Source of the DNA: Antedon mediterranea
Lineage: Eukaryota; Animalia; Echinodermata
DNA length: 64,000 nt
NCBI RefSeq assembly: GCF_964355755.1
Contig: NC_092677.1
Coordinates: 23,981,175 to 24,045,174 of the forward strand
Direction: 5' to 3'
Under the pieces are notes generated by a model, which was not told the origin of the DNA, made no database searches, and saw only the letters and a list, made by a program, of their open reading frames with translations. Positions 23,423 to 37,300 of the stretch are shown piece by piece. Every line of letters starts with the position of its first letter. Within the stretch, counting starts at the first letter, position 1. A program made the translations under genes and the position numbers.

Positions 23423-26400
23423 TTAATAACCTGGTTTTTCTTGATTTCTAATCACAAATCTAAGTGGAACATTCTTTTCTGGAACTAATAGAATTCTCAA
23501 ATTTCCAACAAGCTCTTCATCACTGTTGGGCTTTATTAAAAACTTCTGACATATCTGGAAATAAAAATGTACCGCATTAAAGTTAGGCCTACATTTTCTA
23601 TCTTTTTAAATGTTATTCCGCCCATCGGCATTTCGATTTTTTGGAATATAGTCTAGGTTCTAGTGTTTCGAATTAATATTAGCAAAAAGATAATTTTGTT
23701 GACACATATGGCGTTTCAAACATATCATAATTGAGTTCACAATTACGGTCTAGGCAGACGTTTGTGGTTTTACACCAAGAATTGATGGTGCATACGATTA
23801 TCCGATTGACTTGTTTTTAAGTTAGTTCCCCCTTCAGCGTTTCCAGGGTTTTTCTAGAAAATATTAATTACTGTGAGCTCAATAATAATACGTATGAAAC
23901 GCCATATATATTTATCTTTTTGCTAATATTAATTCGAAACACGGTCAAGAACCTAGAATAATAATATAACAGTACTTTTTAATGATAATGTGTGTAGATA
24001 ATTATAATGTGAGCGATTATTATTATGTCCGTTTTGTAGGAATATATTTCTATATTTCAAAAAAAGATGTGTCCTTTACCTTAGAAAGTAAAATCCTTAC
24101 TTCCATTTCAGCAAGTCGTTTTCCTTAAAACAAAATGAACAATGACTGTAAATATGTCTGGTTGCTTGTGGTTATGGTCATTAATCTTATTTTAATACTA
24201 ATTATCTTTTTACAACTAATGTAAATATAAAATGGCACGCGAACAATTTAAATACAAATAGGCCTAGTATTCTTACCAATACACATACGGGTTCCAAACC
24301 CAAACGGAAGTGACGCAAATGCATGCAACTTGTTGTCAACATTTTCCCTAAGCCATCGCTCAGGCTGAAATTCGTTTGCATTCTCAAACACCTCTTCATT
24401 CCTGGACATAGCATAGTTATCAGTGAGGATATTTGTCTGAAAAATATTAATGGATAAATATGTACCTAGGTTGACTTACTTACTTTTTAATATTAATCAG
24501 ATTATGCATCAGTAGGCCTAAGATGGCCGAATAGTTTATTGAATATGAAAGTTATACAAATCATACTACGTACTAAAAATTATCGGTCGTCCGGTTGAAG
24601 TACTGATTTTGTTACAAAAACAAGCACAAATGCCTCAAAGACACCAATAAACACATTTTTGTAAAGCACAATGAGTGTTTATTTTTGGTAGGATTAAAAC
24701 ATACCAAATTCCCTGAAACAAACTAACTCATAAATGCAACAAATTTTAGGCATTTTTAAACAGTAGTAACAAAATATAAATCCAAATCAAATTTACAATT
24801 TTGATTATTTCATGGGGACAAGGGCAATTCTATGATACGTACTCCTTTTGGAATATTATAACCTCCAATAGTTATATCCTTCTGTGGAATCCTGCTGTTG
24901 TTTGGGGATGCCGGATGCAACCTGTAGACATTTTAAACTATAATAAATATATAATATACATAACATTTACTTCTATATCAAAATATTCTTAAATTATGAC
25001 TTGAAGGTACTTTGACCCAAGCGATCAGTGGCACTCTCCGCCCTCCCTCTCAAACTATCTCTCTGGATCTGCCTATATCAGTACGCGCTTTCTAAACCTA
25101 ACCCTCTCTCTATCTCTCTCCCACTCCACCCCTCCCCTCTCTCTCCACCCCTCCCCTCTCTCCCTCAAATTATTTTAAAGATTCATTTTTTAAAAAACAA
25201 CAAAAGTAAGAAAAAGTCTACTAAAAAGAAAATGTACCTTAACGTTTCTTTGATGACACAGTTGAGGTATGGAAGGTTTTGCATGTTTTCCGTGGTCAAG
25301 GGTCTGCCTTTCAAAATACACTCCAATTCTGTATGTAACTGTTCCTGACATTCAGGATTTCTAGCTAATTCGTACATGGCCCACAATAGTGTATTTGATG
25401 TCTATAGAAGATGAAAACCAACGATTGATCCTAAAACTACACTATTAAACGACTATATAGATCACACGGAGCACTGTTTGAAATTTCATCAAGCCATTTT
25501 GGAAATAGTTTAAATAGAAACAACAGTTGTCTTTGTATAAATTGAAATTGTGCGTGTACCATTATTCATGTTTACAATGTTTTTACACAATTATTTATTT
25601 GGCACAACACAAATTAGGTAAATTTAGATATAGACTTACTGTGTCCACACCACCAATCAGAAATTCAACAAGATTGCCGCATATTTCACTCATTGAAAGT
25701 TTGTCATTAACTATTAGATATGTTAGCAGATCGACTTCGCGGTTTTCATCTATTTTGCTATTTTCATTAATAGATTTACGTTTTAAATTGATATACTTCA
25801 TACCTACGCATAAATAGAAACAAAACATTGAATTCGCAATGTAAAAACAACAATGTATATAAATCTGTATAGTCTTGGTTCTAGACGGCGGTTCGGCTTT
25901 AATGTTAAAAGATAAACCTTCTGGCACAATGACATGTCATACATGTACATAAGCTAGAAACGCAAGCGCTGATGGCGCTCAACAGTTCTTAAAAGCATTT
26001 TAGCCTAGCATTCTTGTCTGCATTATCATTACAGCGTAATGAGAACAACAAACGTATCTGCTGCAGTAAACACACCAACACATCAGACACTGGTGAAATT
26101 AAACTGACTATAATAGAGAGTTATTTCTATCATCATTATTGTTATTATACAAACCTGTTTTCCAAATAGTATCCCATGATTCTACCTGCTTTTTCCATGG
26201 TTTTGTATTCAGTGAAATATGCCAACGTGACATGATCAAAAGTGGTGGTAAACTGGTTAACATATTATCTATAGCATCTATAAACTGCTGTACCTCAGAA
26301 GGAATAGGATCTTGAAGGCATCCAAGACGAACGTCAAAAAGAACAATTGCTACAGCTGGTGGTAAAAATATAAATGTTTGTTATATATTTCTTATAAAGG

Positions 26401-29400
26401 AATTAACCTTAGGGCCTAACCTTTTTTTAATACAAAATTAAGAGACAATCAACCGAATTTGAGTATAGTGTAGCATAACATTGTATTAATGGGGTAAGGG
26501 TAGAGATCGGTATCAAGAATTATAACATATCTGAGTAGATTCTTGTCATTTTAGGGATTTGGGGCCACATGACATTCAATAACTACTTCATTGAACCTCG
26601 CACTAAACTCAAGCGTGCAATTCGTTATATTATTATGGTCGTTAAATTTTGTTATATTATGGCCGTTAAATGTCGTCATATTGTCTATTGAATTTGTTAA
26701 AATGCAGTGCGCTAATTCTCTTTGTTTTCGTGCAATGAAACAAATCTTTTCATTCGGTGAAACCTGTCAATGTTCTATTTTCACATTATGAAACCCATGA
26801 CAATCTCGATCTACATAAATATCTAGAACTACCACTCATAATACAATGATTCACTACAGAAAATGTCGATGGATAGAATAGAAGGTTTTACTTCGACTTC
26901 AACTTTTTGTTTCTGATTGTCGAAAGATCGAAAATAAAAATAATATAAATAAAATAATAATTATCAAGAAAAGAACACATTACATTCCAGTGCCCACTTG
27001 TAAATTTCGTTATTAATCTCTGGTACGATGCCGCCATCTTGATTAAGGTTTATTGTATCCCTTCCTTGATCCATCAGTCTTATCATTCTATCAATAAAAT
27101 CGTCCGCTGCAATCTTTAATTTTCCCATGTATTGCGTAATTTCGTTTGGTCTTAGCATACGCTTGCTGATGATATTACGGGGCTTTCGCCATGGTTCGTG
27201 ATCCCTAATAATATAAGAAGAAAAAAATACATTAAGGAGTTTTTCGTCGGTTTACAAATAAATGAAATATTGTCTCCATTCAACGTATACAAACATTCCT
27301 CGTGTTCGTGCATATTCATGAGCACCGTCCTATGGCTTCCCGTCCTGTTTCGTAAAGTCCCTATTATATAACCAAATTAACCTTTGTAGCTTTGTATCAG
27401 TATAAAAAAAAGTTAAATCAAGTATGTAAATAAAAAAAAAATGCAGGGAATGTTAAAAAGATGAAAAATGAATATTAATAAAAAAAAAAAAAAGACTTTG
27501 CGGTTTTTATAAAGTTAATCACCATAGAAAGAAATGTTTTCACTTATAAAAAAACAAAATAAACGGTTACATTCAACCAAAACCGATTTTGTTGGTACAA
27601 GTACGGTACGTCATCTAACGCTTTGGAAGGTAGTTACTTTTCCGTAGTTGTCCTTTTTAGTTTGCCGGTCAGCGGTTCGGTTTTTAGTCTAGTCTATAGC
27701 TCACTATGTCGGTCGGTTGCTCGTTCGGTTGGTCGGTCCGTAAACACACAAATTTGAGCACGCGACTGCAGCCTTGTATATGGCCTTGTTCTCTTCGAGT
27801 TCAAAAGTAATATACGTATGAACCCCCATCTGTGCCAACATATCTTTTTAGTCGCGTGCAACGCGTGCGTGCAACGCGACTCTACAGCTCACTATGTCGG
27901 TCGGATGGTCGGTTGGTTGGTCGGTTGGTAAACGCTAACTCAAATTTGAGCACGCGACAGCAGCCATGTATATGATATGTATATATATATTTCCAATATC
28001 CAATAAGTCGAAATACAGTCTAATAAACACACTATCATACTTACAACGTCACTAACCCGCATTCAACACCTCTTAATTTTCTGTAAGCCTTCCATGGTTC
28101 AATGTTAATACGAATTGGATTTCTATCCTCTTGGTACATCAACTCTTTTATAAGGGCTGAATCAGCAATAATTAGGGTTTCCATTGGGCCCAAATGAATA
28201 CGATACAACACACCATGTTTCTTGCGCATTTCAATCTGCATAAAAGAGTTTTCATATAATTACATAGATTTCATGTGTTCTACGGATTGTGTCTCAGCAA
28301 CCGGGAGTCACATATTTTATTTATTTTTGTTATTAGTCTTCTATAAAGAGGGTCCGAGATCATGTGTCGCCTGGGAGCACCGCTGGTGACTCATTTCGAA
28401 CCAATTCAATATTTTTAAAATACATATTTCATTTGAACTATAAATATAGCAAATATTGAATTGGAGCTTTAGCATCAGAAATCATACTTATTTGTCTCAA
28501 AAACATTCGTTCACTTTTAGCAAGCTAGAAGTAAACAATCTACGTCAGTCTATTTTCCTCATGGTTTGAATGTCTAAAGCGTGGTTCCCACTAGCGAGGC
28601 AACACAAGGACGTAACGCAACGCAAGTGAATTGACCAATCACAAGCGATGGCTTATTCGCTTGTAATTGCTAACTGTCTATAACTTCGCTTGTCATTGGT
28701 TAAAACGCTTGCGTTGCGTTTACGTCCTTGCGTTACGTTCTAGTGAGAACCAAGCTTTACTGTCTATAACTTCGCTTGTTATTGGTTAAAACGTTTGCGT
28801 TGCGTTTACGTCCCTCCCTGCGTTACGTTCTAGTGGGAACCAAGCTTTACTGTCTATAACTTCGCTTGTCATTGGTTAAAACGTTTGCGTTGCGTTTACG
28901 TCCCTGCGTTACGTTCTAGTGGGAACCAAGCTTTACTGTCTATAACTTCGCTTGTCATTGGTTAAAACGCTTGCGTTGCGTTTGCGTCTAGAGTGGGAAC
29001 CAAGCTAAGAGGCCACCACTGGGTTTGTGAACTTTTAGTGTTATTGCACATCCTCTCACTCATTTAAATTTTGGTCGCATGACTTTTTAAATGATAATAG
29101 CTAATAGTCGCTCGCAAATTACTGTTCTATATAAAGATTATTGTTATATTTCACCACCCACTATTTTCTATCCAATGTTTTGGTCAAAGTGAATAACTAT
29201 TATGTAACATTAAAATAACATACCGTATTCAACAACAAAATAAAAAAATAATTGTGTGTGTGTATTTAAATGCATAGACCACAAGAACGTAATGCAACCA
29301 ACTAGGCATGTTGTTTATGATTATCCTTCATGCCCCCTGTGCTTTCGTGGCATTACATATTCATATTATAATATGATAACGTGACCTTTTCAACTGTAAT

Positions 29401-30264
29401 TTTTTGTCGATCGCAGAGAGTGAGGAGAACCACATAACTGCCGAAAATATAGTACTTTTTCGATATTTTCGACAATTTTTTATTTTTCTGATTTCTCAGA
29501 AACCGCTTATTTTTATATGAATTGTTATATTATACCTATGAAGTAAATAACATAAAGAAAGGCCCTGATGCTTGGCACGTTGAGTATAGCTATATATACG
29601 ACCCGGAAGCATCCTTCTTATCGGACAGTATTGTTATATTTGTTATACAGAATGCTTTGTTTCACTATACTTAACCTTGAGTCTATCGCGAACTTGCTCA
29701 ATATTTCATTTGTCCGTTCACTATAATATCTCTATGGTCCATTACAAATCAAAATAGACATAGACGACCTTCTTGAAATGAAATGACAACAACCATATAT
29801 GAGTACATTTTCTTTTATGTTGGTCCATAGATAGAAAAGTGCAACATAGGCCTACAAAGTATGCTACGTTTCGCAAACGTTCAGTTTGCTTTTTCAGGTA
29901 CTCTTAGGATCCAAATGAAATTGTTTCAAGAAACATATCTGTTCAAGATATTTTTTAGTAACATAGTTAATGTAGGGATTAACTCCCTGGTTAATGTATA
30001 GGCCTACATTATTACCTGATTCAAATGCATAGATCCAAATCCTTGCCTGATTAAATCTGGAATATTTCCGATAAATGGTAATCCGGCTAAAGGAATACTT
30101 TTGAACGGTTTTAACTCTCCGTCTTTGCTGTTAACGTAACCCTCAGTCGAGGATGCATGCGCTTCCGTGGGCCTACTATAGCATCTTGGTGTTGGAATCT
30201 TAACCACACTGCCGAATGTCGAATTGGTAACTATTACACAACGGTGCGAGAATCTCGCAAACAT
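23423..30264 (-). CDS. Mitochondrial-clan cytochrome P450, CYP27-like (paralog A, ~534 aa, 10 exons)
   Basis: Exons 30264-30016, 28235-28045, 27204-26984, 26355-26155, 25803-25640, 25401-25238, 24921-24843, 24436-24277, 24123-24080, 23554-23423; all GT-AG and phase-consistent (1605 nt). Motifs [29 protein letters not shown]; Arg/Ser-rich N-terminal presequence. Confidence 0.92.
28578..29006. mobile_element. Harbinger-type MITE followed by three tandem copies of its right half
   Basis: Full copy 28578-28756, then actgtctataacttcgc...gggaaccaagct three times. Confidence 0.85.
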
Positions 30265-30386
30265 GGTGTTTGAAAAAAAGAAAGCACTAAGCATACTGCA
30301 CATGCTTACCTAACCGTCTTTTGTAAAATATTATTGTGTTTGAAGCTTACGTGTATAGGCCTACATAACATTGGAAATGAAAGAGA

Positions 30387-30406
30387 ATAACGCATGCGCA
30401 AAGGAT
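30387..30406 (-). promoter_or_regulatory. Conserved promoter motif of CYP paralog A (NRF1-like GCGCATGCG)
   Basis: ATAACGCATGCGCAAAGGAT is identical at 46227-46246, upstream of paralog B. Confidence 0.6.
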
Positions 30407-30737
30407 GTAAAGTTTCTGCTTACTTTGTATTGTGTAAAATTTGTTCTGCATTATTTGTTCGTTTGTCTGCTGGGTATATAAAGGCGAAGAATAGTTTTTG
30501 TTATACGCAGAAATGCGTCGAAATTTTGAATAGGCACAAATGAATGTCTTAATTTATTTCACAAATCCTTTTAATTTGTTTAATACAAAAATAGCAGGTT
30601 CTATGTATACTGTATAACAAAATATAGAATGGATGTAATATTCTGAAAACATATTGTTTTATTATTATGTATATTTCATGTCAGTCCATTTGTTAAGGGA
30701 TTCCGGACCCTAAATTTCCTCCATTCCTTTTCCGCCT

Positions 30738-31347
30738 ATCACTGTGCGCAAGTACAACCAAAATGGGTATAGTAGCGCACAGTGCTAAACTAAATCCTAT
30801 TTATTATCACTGTGCGCTAATGCAACCAAAATGGGTATAGTAGCGCACAGTGCTAAACTAAATCCTATTTATTATCACTGTGCGCGAGTGCAACCAAAAT
30901 GGGTATAGTAGCGCACAGTGCTAAACTAAATCCTATTTATTATCACTGTGCGCGAGTGCAACCAAAATGGGTATAGTAGCGCACAGTGCTAAACTAAATC
31001 CTATTTATTATCACTGTGCGCGAGTGCAACCAAAATGGGTATAGTAGCGCACAGTGCTAAACTAAATCTTATTTATTATCACTGTGCGCGAGTGCAACCA
31101 AAATGGGTATAGTAGCGCACAGTGCTAAACTAAATCCTATTTGTTATCACTGTGCGTGAGTGCAACCAAAATGGGTATAGTAGCGCACAGTGCTAAACTA
31201 AATCCTATTTGTTATCACTGTGCGCGAGTGCAACCAAAATGGGTATAGTAGCGCACAGTGCTAAACTAAATCCTATTTATTATCACTGTGCGCGAGTGCA
31301 ACCAAAATAGGTATAGTAGCGCACAGTGCTAAACTAAATCCTATTTT
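30738..31347. repeat. 68-bp hairpin minisatellite, ~9 near-identical units (resumes at 32921-33027 after the LINE)
   Basis: Unit atcactgtgcgcgagtgcaaccaaaatgggtatagtagcgcacagtgctaaactaaatcctatttatt, with internal inverted repeat cactgtgcgc/gcgcacagtg. Confidence 0.92.
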
Positions 31348-32920
31348 AGTATACAACAACATTTATTCAATATTCAATATTTTACAAAGTTTATGGGTTA
31401 AGATACACAGAAGCCAAAGTGGCTTGTCTTTGTAGTCCTAAGCATAAACATAAAACATATTATACGGACGCATTACATTAACAAAAAATGACATTTTGAG
31501 ACAGAAAAAGAAAAAAAAACACAAACACAACAAAGTGATATTAAGCTAAATGTTTACAACCCCAATTTTGCAGTAGCAATAGTAGCTAGCAATATGTTTC
31601 AAATATCATCTTTTTAATATTGTACTTTAGCATAGGGAGTGAGGTCATGTGATTTTGTTCTAGGGTAGACTGGAGTTTATTCCAGTATGTTGGTCCTTCA
31701 ATAAAAATTGATCTTTTATTAATTTCTAGTCTACTGTGTGGAATATATATCTTATTTGCGTTTCTTAATGTCTTTAAGCGATCAGTTTTAGGGTTTAAAT
31801 CAATCAAGTTGTTTATAGGGATGGGAAGTTCCTGGAGATGATATTTGAACATAAAGCATGCAATTTGAATTTTATTTATATCGTATATATTTAACATTTT
31901 TAAACTTTGTAATAGTGGTTTGGAGGCTGTTCTCATCGGTGAGTTTGTAATCATTCTAGCTATATACGTTTTTGTAATTTATGTATTTTTTTCTAAGTTT
32001 GTTGGATATTCATTTCCCCATATTATATTGCAGTAATAGAGGTGTGGTAAGCTAAACGCATTGTACAGATTTAAAAGAATATGTTTAGGAAAGACGTGTT
32101 TTAAATTTACCTTGTAGATGATACCAATGGATTTAGCGATTTTATTTGAGATGCAGTTTATATGGGGTTTCCAACATAAATGTTCATTTATATGTATTCC
32201 GAGAAACATAACTGTGTGTTCTCTTTGTAATATTGATTTGTTAATTTGGATTTGGGAAGTAATTTCAGGGATCTTTTTTTGCCGAGGTCTAAAAATAATG
32301 TAGTTAGTCTCATCGATATTTAAAATAAGTTTGTTTGTCATAAACCATTTATTAATTTTTGAAAGTTCAATATTTAATGTGTCTATAAGATTGTTTATAT
32401 TATTATCACTCATGAAAACAGTGGTATCATCCGCAAAGGAAATCACGTTTATTTTATCACTTACTCTAATAATATCGTTAACATAGATAAGAAATAACAA
32501 GGGTCCAAGGATGGACCCTTGCGGTACTCCACATTTAATATGTTGGAGTGATGATTTGGTTTGATTTATTTGTACAAATTGTTTTCGTTCTTGTAAATAG
32601 CTTTGAATCCATTTGTAACCAGTTCCTCGTATACCATAGTGATGTATCTTTTTAAGCAAAATATCATGATTCATTACATCAAATGCCTTTGATAGGTCCA
32701 TAAATACGCTAATTAAGTATATCTTGTTCTCGAAAGATGTGATTATGTGTTTTGTTAGTTCAAGTATGGCGTGGGATGTTTAGTGCTTAGCTCGAAATCC
32801 GTATTGGTGGGGGTTTAAGAGTGCATATTTCGTTAAGTAGGTGTATAGTTTATTATACATTGCTCTTTCAAGGATTTTGGATAGGACTGGAAGGATTGAT
32901 ATAGGACGATAATTTTTAAT
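31348..32920 (-). mobile_element. 5'-truncated LINE (CR1/L2/Crack group) with frameshifted reverse transcriptase
   Basis: NYRPISIL, QYGFR, DLSKAFD, GVPQGSILGPLLFLIYVND and FADDT motifs in ORFs 32780-32974, 31979-32701, 31586-31954. Confidence 0.92.
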
Positions 32921-34371
32921 TGCAAGTGCAACCAAAATGGGTATGGTAGCGCACAGTGCTAAACTAAATCCCAATTATATCACTGTGCGCAAGTGCAACC
33001 AAAATGGGTATAGTAGCGAACAGTGTTCCGAATTGGCACCTCTGGAATACAATGCTGTAGAGTATCAAGAAACGTATTTTTATTACATTGTGTTTACGGT
33101 TCAAAATTGTGACGCATGGAACACATTGTTATAAATTATGAAGAAAAGGTTTTTTATTCAGAATAGTCTCTAGTTTTCGAGATATTTTTTTCCATTTAAA
33201 AATACCGTATTTAATCGAACAAACGCACCTCTTTATCGTTCAGGAGGGTTTTTAGGTGTGGGTGGGGTTAGCGGCGTTAATTCGGAGGAATAATATTTTA
33301 TATTGTAGTAATGCAAATGTAAATTTTCCTGTGTAGAAAGTTCTAAGCATTTATCTTATGCCATTTTCATGAAAGATTCATACACGTCACAGATGCATAG
33401 GGCCGCCAAGCTTTTGTTACAATTAAAATGTATTTTTTGGACATCCATTACCGTATATTAGGTAAGCATATAATTTAACATGACTATATCTTCTATCTTA
33501 TTGCGTTGTTTTGTCATTTATGAGAAAAAGGCCCAAATTAGCACCCTTTTATAGGTTTGCACCCTTTATTGCATCGTGAGGTGGTTTCCCGAATGATCGT
33601 AAAATCAAAACGGTACTGGGTATGACCAACTAGCGTTCTTGTCACCAACTAGTCATCCATTCATAGAAGTACTGATGTAGTAGCCTATCTGTACGGTGAC
33701 CATAGAATGTGACCCGAGACATGACTAACTACGACTTTTAGTTGATAGAAGATTGAAAAAAGTGTTAAGAAGAGTTTTACTGTATGTGGATGTTTAATGA
33801 AATTATGTCAATAATGTTTACACACTAGGCATATAAATAGTAATGTTTGTTAGTAAAAATAATTTTGAGTTAATAAGAATAAGATATAAGGAAGAAAAGC
33901 AAAGAGACTATGGAGCGGCTATTCCTGAATATACAATACAAGTATCGTAGTTTTGAATTATACATTTTAGGCGATCTTGTCAAAGGTCAAGCGCCTATAG
34001 CCTGCCACGTTTCGATAGTTTTAAGTGTGTATATTCTATGTTATTGCGTTGTTCTGTCCAGGTTGCCTTTTGTTTTATTGAATAAAACTTAAAAGTGCAT
34101 GTTAAACAAAACAAAACAATACCTATCTCCTTATTATATTTTATTGCATTATAAGTTGCGAAATAAACTGCATAACATATTTACAAATTACAATCTTTTC
34201 TTCCCAATACAAATTTCTTTTCGACCATCTCGTTATTTTTCTATCCGCCAAAGTGGGAATTTTATCGTTACTGTTTTTTACATTGAGTATGGCGCGTCAA
34301 GTTGGCATTTATACTTTATTTAGCGTTTTGCCATATTATTTATTTTCACCGTTCTCTTCATCTTCTTCACA

Positions 34372-37300
34372 TTAATCGTGTTGGTTTCTAATCACGAATC
34401 TAAGTGGAACATCTTTCTCTGGAATCAACAGAATTCTCAAATTTCCAACAAGCTCTTCGTCACTGTTGCGCTTTATTAAGAACTTCTGACATATCTGAAA
34501 ATAAAAATGTATGAATTTTTTATTTGATACATTATAATTCAGTAGAATATATCTTTTGTTAATATGCTAAAAGCCGGTACACACTGAACAACTTGCACGC
34601 GAAGCGACACGCCTCGTCAAGCCTTAATTTTGACGCGACTTACGATTTCAGTGTGATATGAGGCGAATGTGATATGAGGCGTTAGTCGTTTTCAACTTCA
34701 ACGCGGTGATTTTAATACATTTTAGGAAAGGGCCAATGGTAAACAAAGTGTCCTGACAAATGTTATGTAGATATTTTTCGCCATTAGCGTGATCATTGGC
34801 GAATTCAGAGTTCACGAATGTTTCGCGCATGATGAATTCACTCAAGCGTTTTCAAGCTTTGCGACTTGCTTGCCGCGTTTCGCTACGCGTGTAAAGGCGA
34901 GGACGAGAACGATCGACGGTAAATGGATAAACATACATTTTCTTACAAAAAACAAAAGAAATTCTATGGTGAAAACATTTTGTATTTTATTTTGTTTCAT
35001 GTAGAAACATGTAGGCTACATTAATCTATTTATCGTCTATCGGTGTTGTCTAGTGTAAAGGAACATTTAGGCCGTAGTAAAATGGATGTTAGTCCTTTTG
35101 AACTCATATTTTAGTGATGCTAGATGTGTAGGCAAACACATTCTTGCCAGATTAATATATTGGGATAGGCACTGTAATGCTAGTGGCATGTTGGGTAGTT
35201 TGCGTTCCTCCGGAATGTTGCATATTCAATAAAGAATGGATAGGTCCTTTACCTTAGCAAGTAAAATTCTGACTTCCATTTCAGCAAGCCGTTTTCCTAA
35301 AAACAAAATGAAAAATACCAATGATGTAAATTTACAACTCACCAGACACGCGCAATTGAAATATAGCAACTTGCTCAATAGAACATTTCTTACTCAAAAG
35401 AATTTTCGATTTTGTTTTCTCTTTTTATAAATATAAGTTGAATATTAAAACTTGTTTTATTTTCTTTACCAATGCACATACGGGTTCCAAAACCAAACGG
35501 AAGTGACGCAAATGCATTCAACTTGCTGTCAACATTTTCCCTAAGCCACCTCTCAGGCTGAAATTCGTTTGCATTCTCAAACACCTCTTCACTCCTGGAC
35601 ATAGCATAATTTTCTGTACGAACATTTGTCTGGAAAATATTATTAAATAGATAGTAGATTATTATACCATCATCTTTTGTATAGAGAACAATTTCAAAAC
35701 TGCATTCACATTGAAGCCAGGTCCATGCTTAGTACATTGTGAATGTAACTTTCTTTTTTGTACCTTTTGTGAAAACGGTCATTTGATTTGCGACCGGCGA
35801 CCAAACTACGTCATGCTAATTTATTTTGAGGGCGCATAGATATTGGCACGTGTGTCTCTCGACATTGGATGGTTTAAGGACCAGGCGACGACATCGAGTG
35901 ACGTGACCGTAGGGTCGTCGTCCTCGGTCGTCGAAAATCCATAATGATTCAGGAACCGGTCGTCTGGTTGAAGTAGAATACAGAAGAAGTAGTATACAAT
36001 TCGTACCTATACTAGACGTGCAAACGCGACTCTACAGCTCACTATGTCGGTCGGTCGGTCGATAAACACTAACTCAAATTTGCGCACGAGACTGCAGCCA
36101 TGCATATGGTTAATCAGGGGAAGGGTTAGTAATACTAACATGGATCCGTTAGCCGTCTGCCAAAGTTATATCGGTCGTTTAAAATACGTATTTTTGTGAC
36201 TACAAATCAAAATTATACCTACTCCTTTTGGAATATTATAGCCTCCAATAGTTATATCTTTCTGTGGTATTCTGCTATGATTTGGGACAACTGGATACAA
36301 TCTGTAAAAGTATTCACATCTTTTAATACTAAATCTGCAAATACTTTGATTAATAAAGATATATTTAGTAAAATATTGCAACAAAAAAAGTTCGTTTGGA
36401 CGCTAGTGTTTGTCAATACTATTTGCAATAACTTGGCAACATTTAATTAAGAACTTACCACCTCGGACATAACAGTAGGCATAACATGCTGATCACAAAT
36501 GCAATGTATTTAATACTGTACTGTACTCTGAGGATAGTTAGAAAATCATGTGTCCACTCTCCCTCCATCCTTTCCCTCTCTACAATTCCAATCCCCACCT
36601 CTCCTCTTCCTTTACCCCCTATTTCTCATTTATAACTCTCTATTGCACTTGAATTTGTTAAAGTGCAAAACTCTCTCTTGTAATCGGTTCTCACTTGCAC
36701 TTCTTACTCTTAACCTCTGCTCTACTTGTTTCTAAGTAACATTTAACTCTCCACTGCACACCTGGCTCGTGTACTCGGTTCTAACTTTCACTCACTTACT
36801 CTCTACTCTACTTGTTTCTAATTTGCACTTGATCTCTACTGCACATCTGGCTCTTGTACTTGGTTCTCACTTGCACTCACTTACTCTCTACTCTACTTGT
36901 TTCTAATTTGCACTTGACTCTCTACTGCACACCTGGCTCTTGTACTTGGTTCTCACTTGCACTCACTTACTCTCTACTCTACTTGTTTCTAATTTGCACT
37001 TGATCTCTACTGCACATCTGGCTCTTGTACTTGGTTCTCACTTGCACTCACTTACTCTCTACTCTACTTGTTTCTAATTTGCACTTGATCTCTACTGCAC
37101 ACCTGGCTCTTGTACTTGGTTCTCACTTGCACTCACTTACTCTCTACTCTACTTGTTTCTAATTTGCACTTGATCTCTACTGCACATCTGGCTCTTGTAC
37201 TTGGTTCTCACTTGCACTCATTTACTCTCTACTCTACTTGTTTCTAAGTTACACTTGTACTTGGTTATGTTTTTCTTTAATTTCATTCGATTATTTCACA

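Noticed and set aside
30738-31347. CRISPR-like array of palindromic repeats
   Set aside because: The intervening segments are identical rather than unique spacers, no cas genes are present and the context is eukaryotic; it is a minisatellite.
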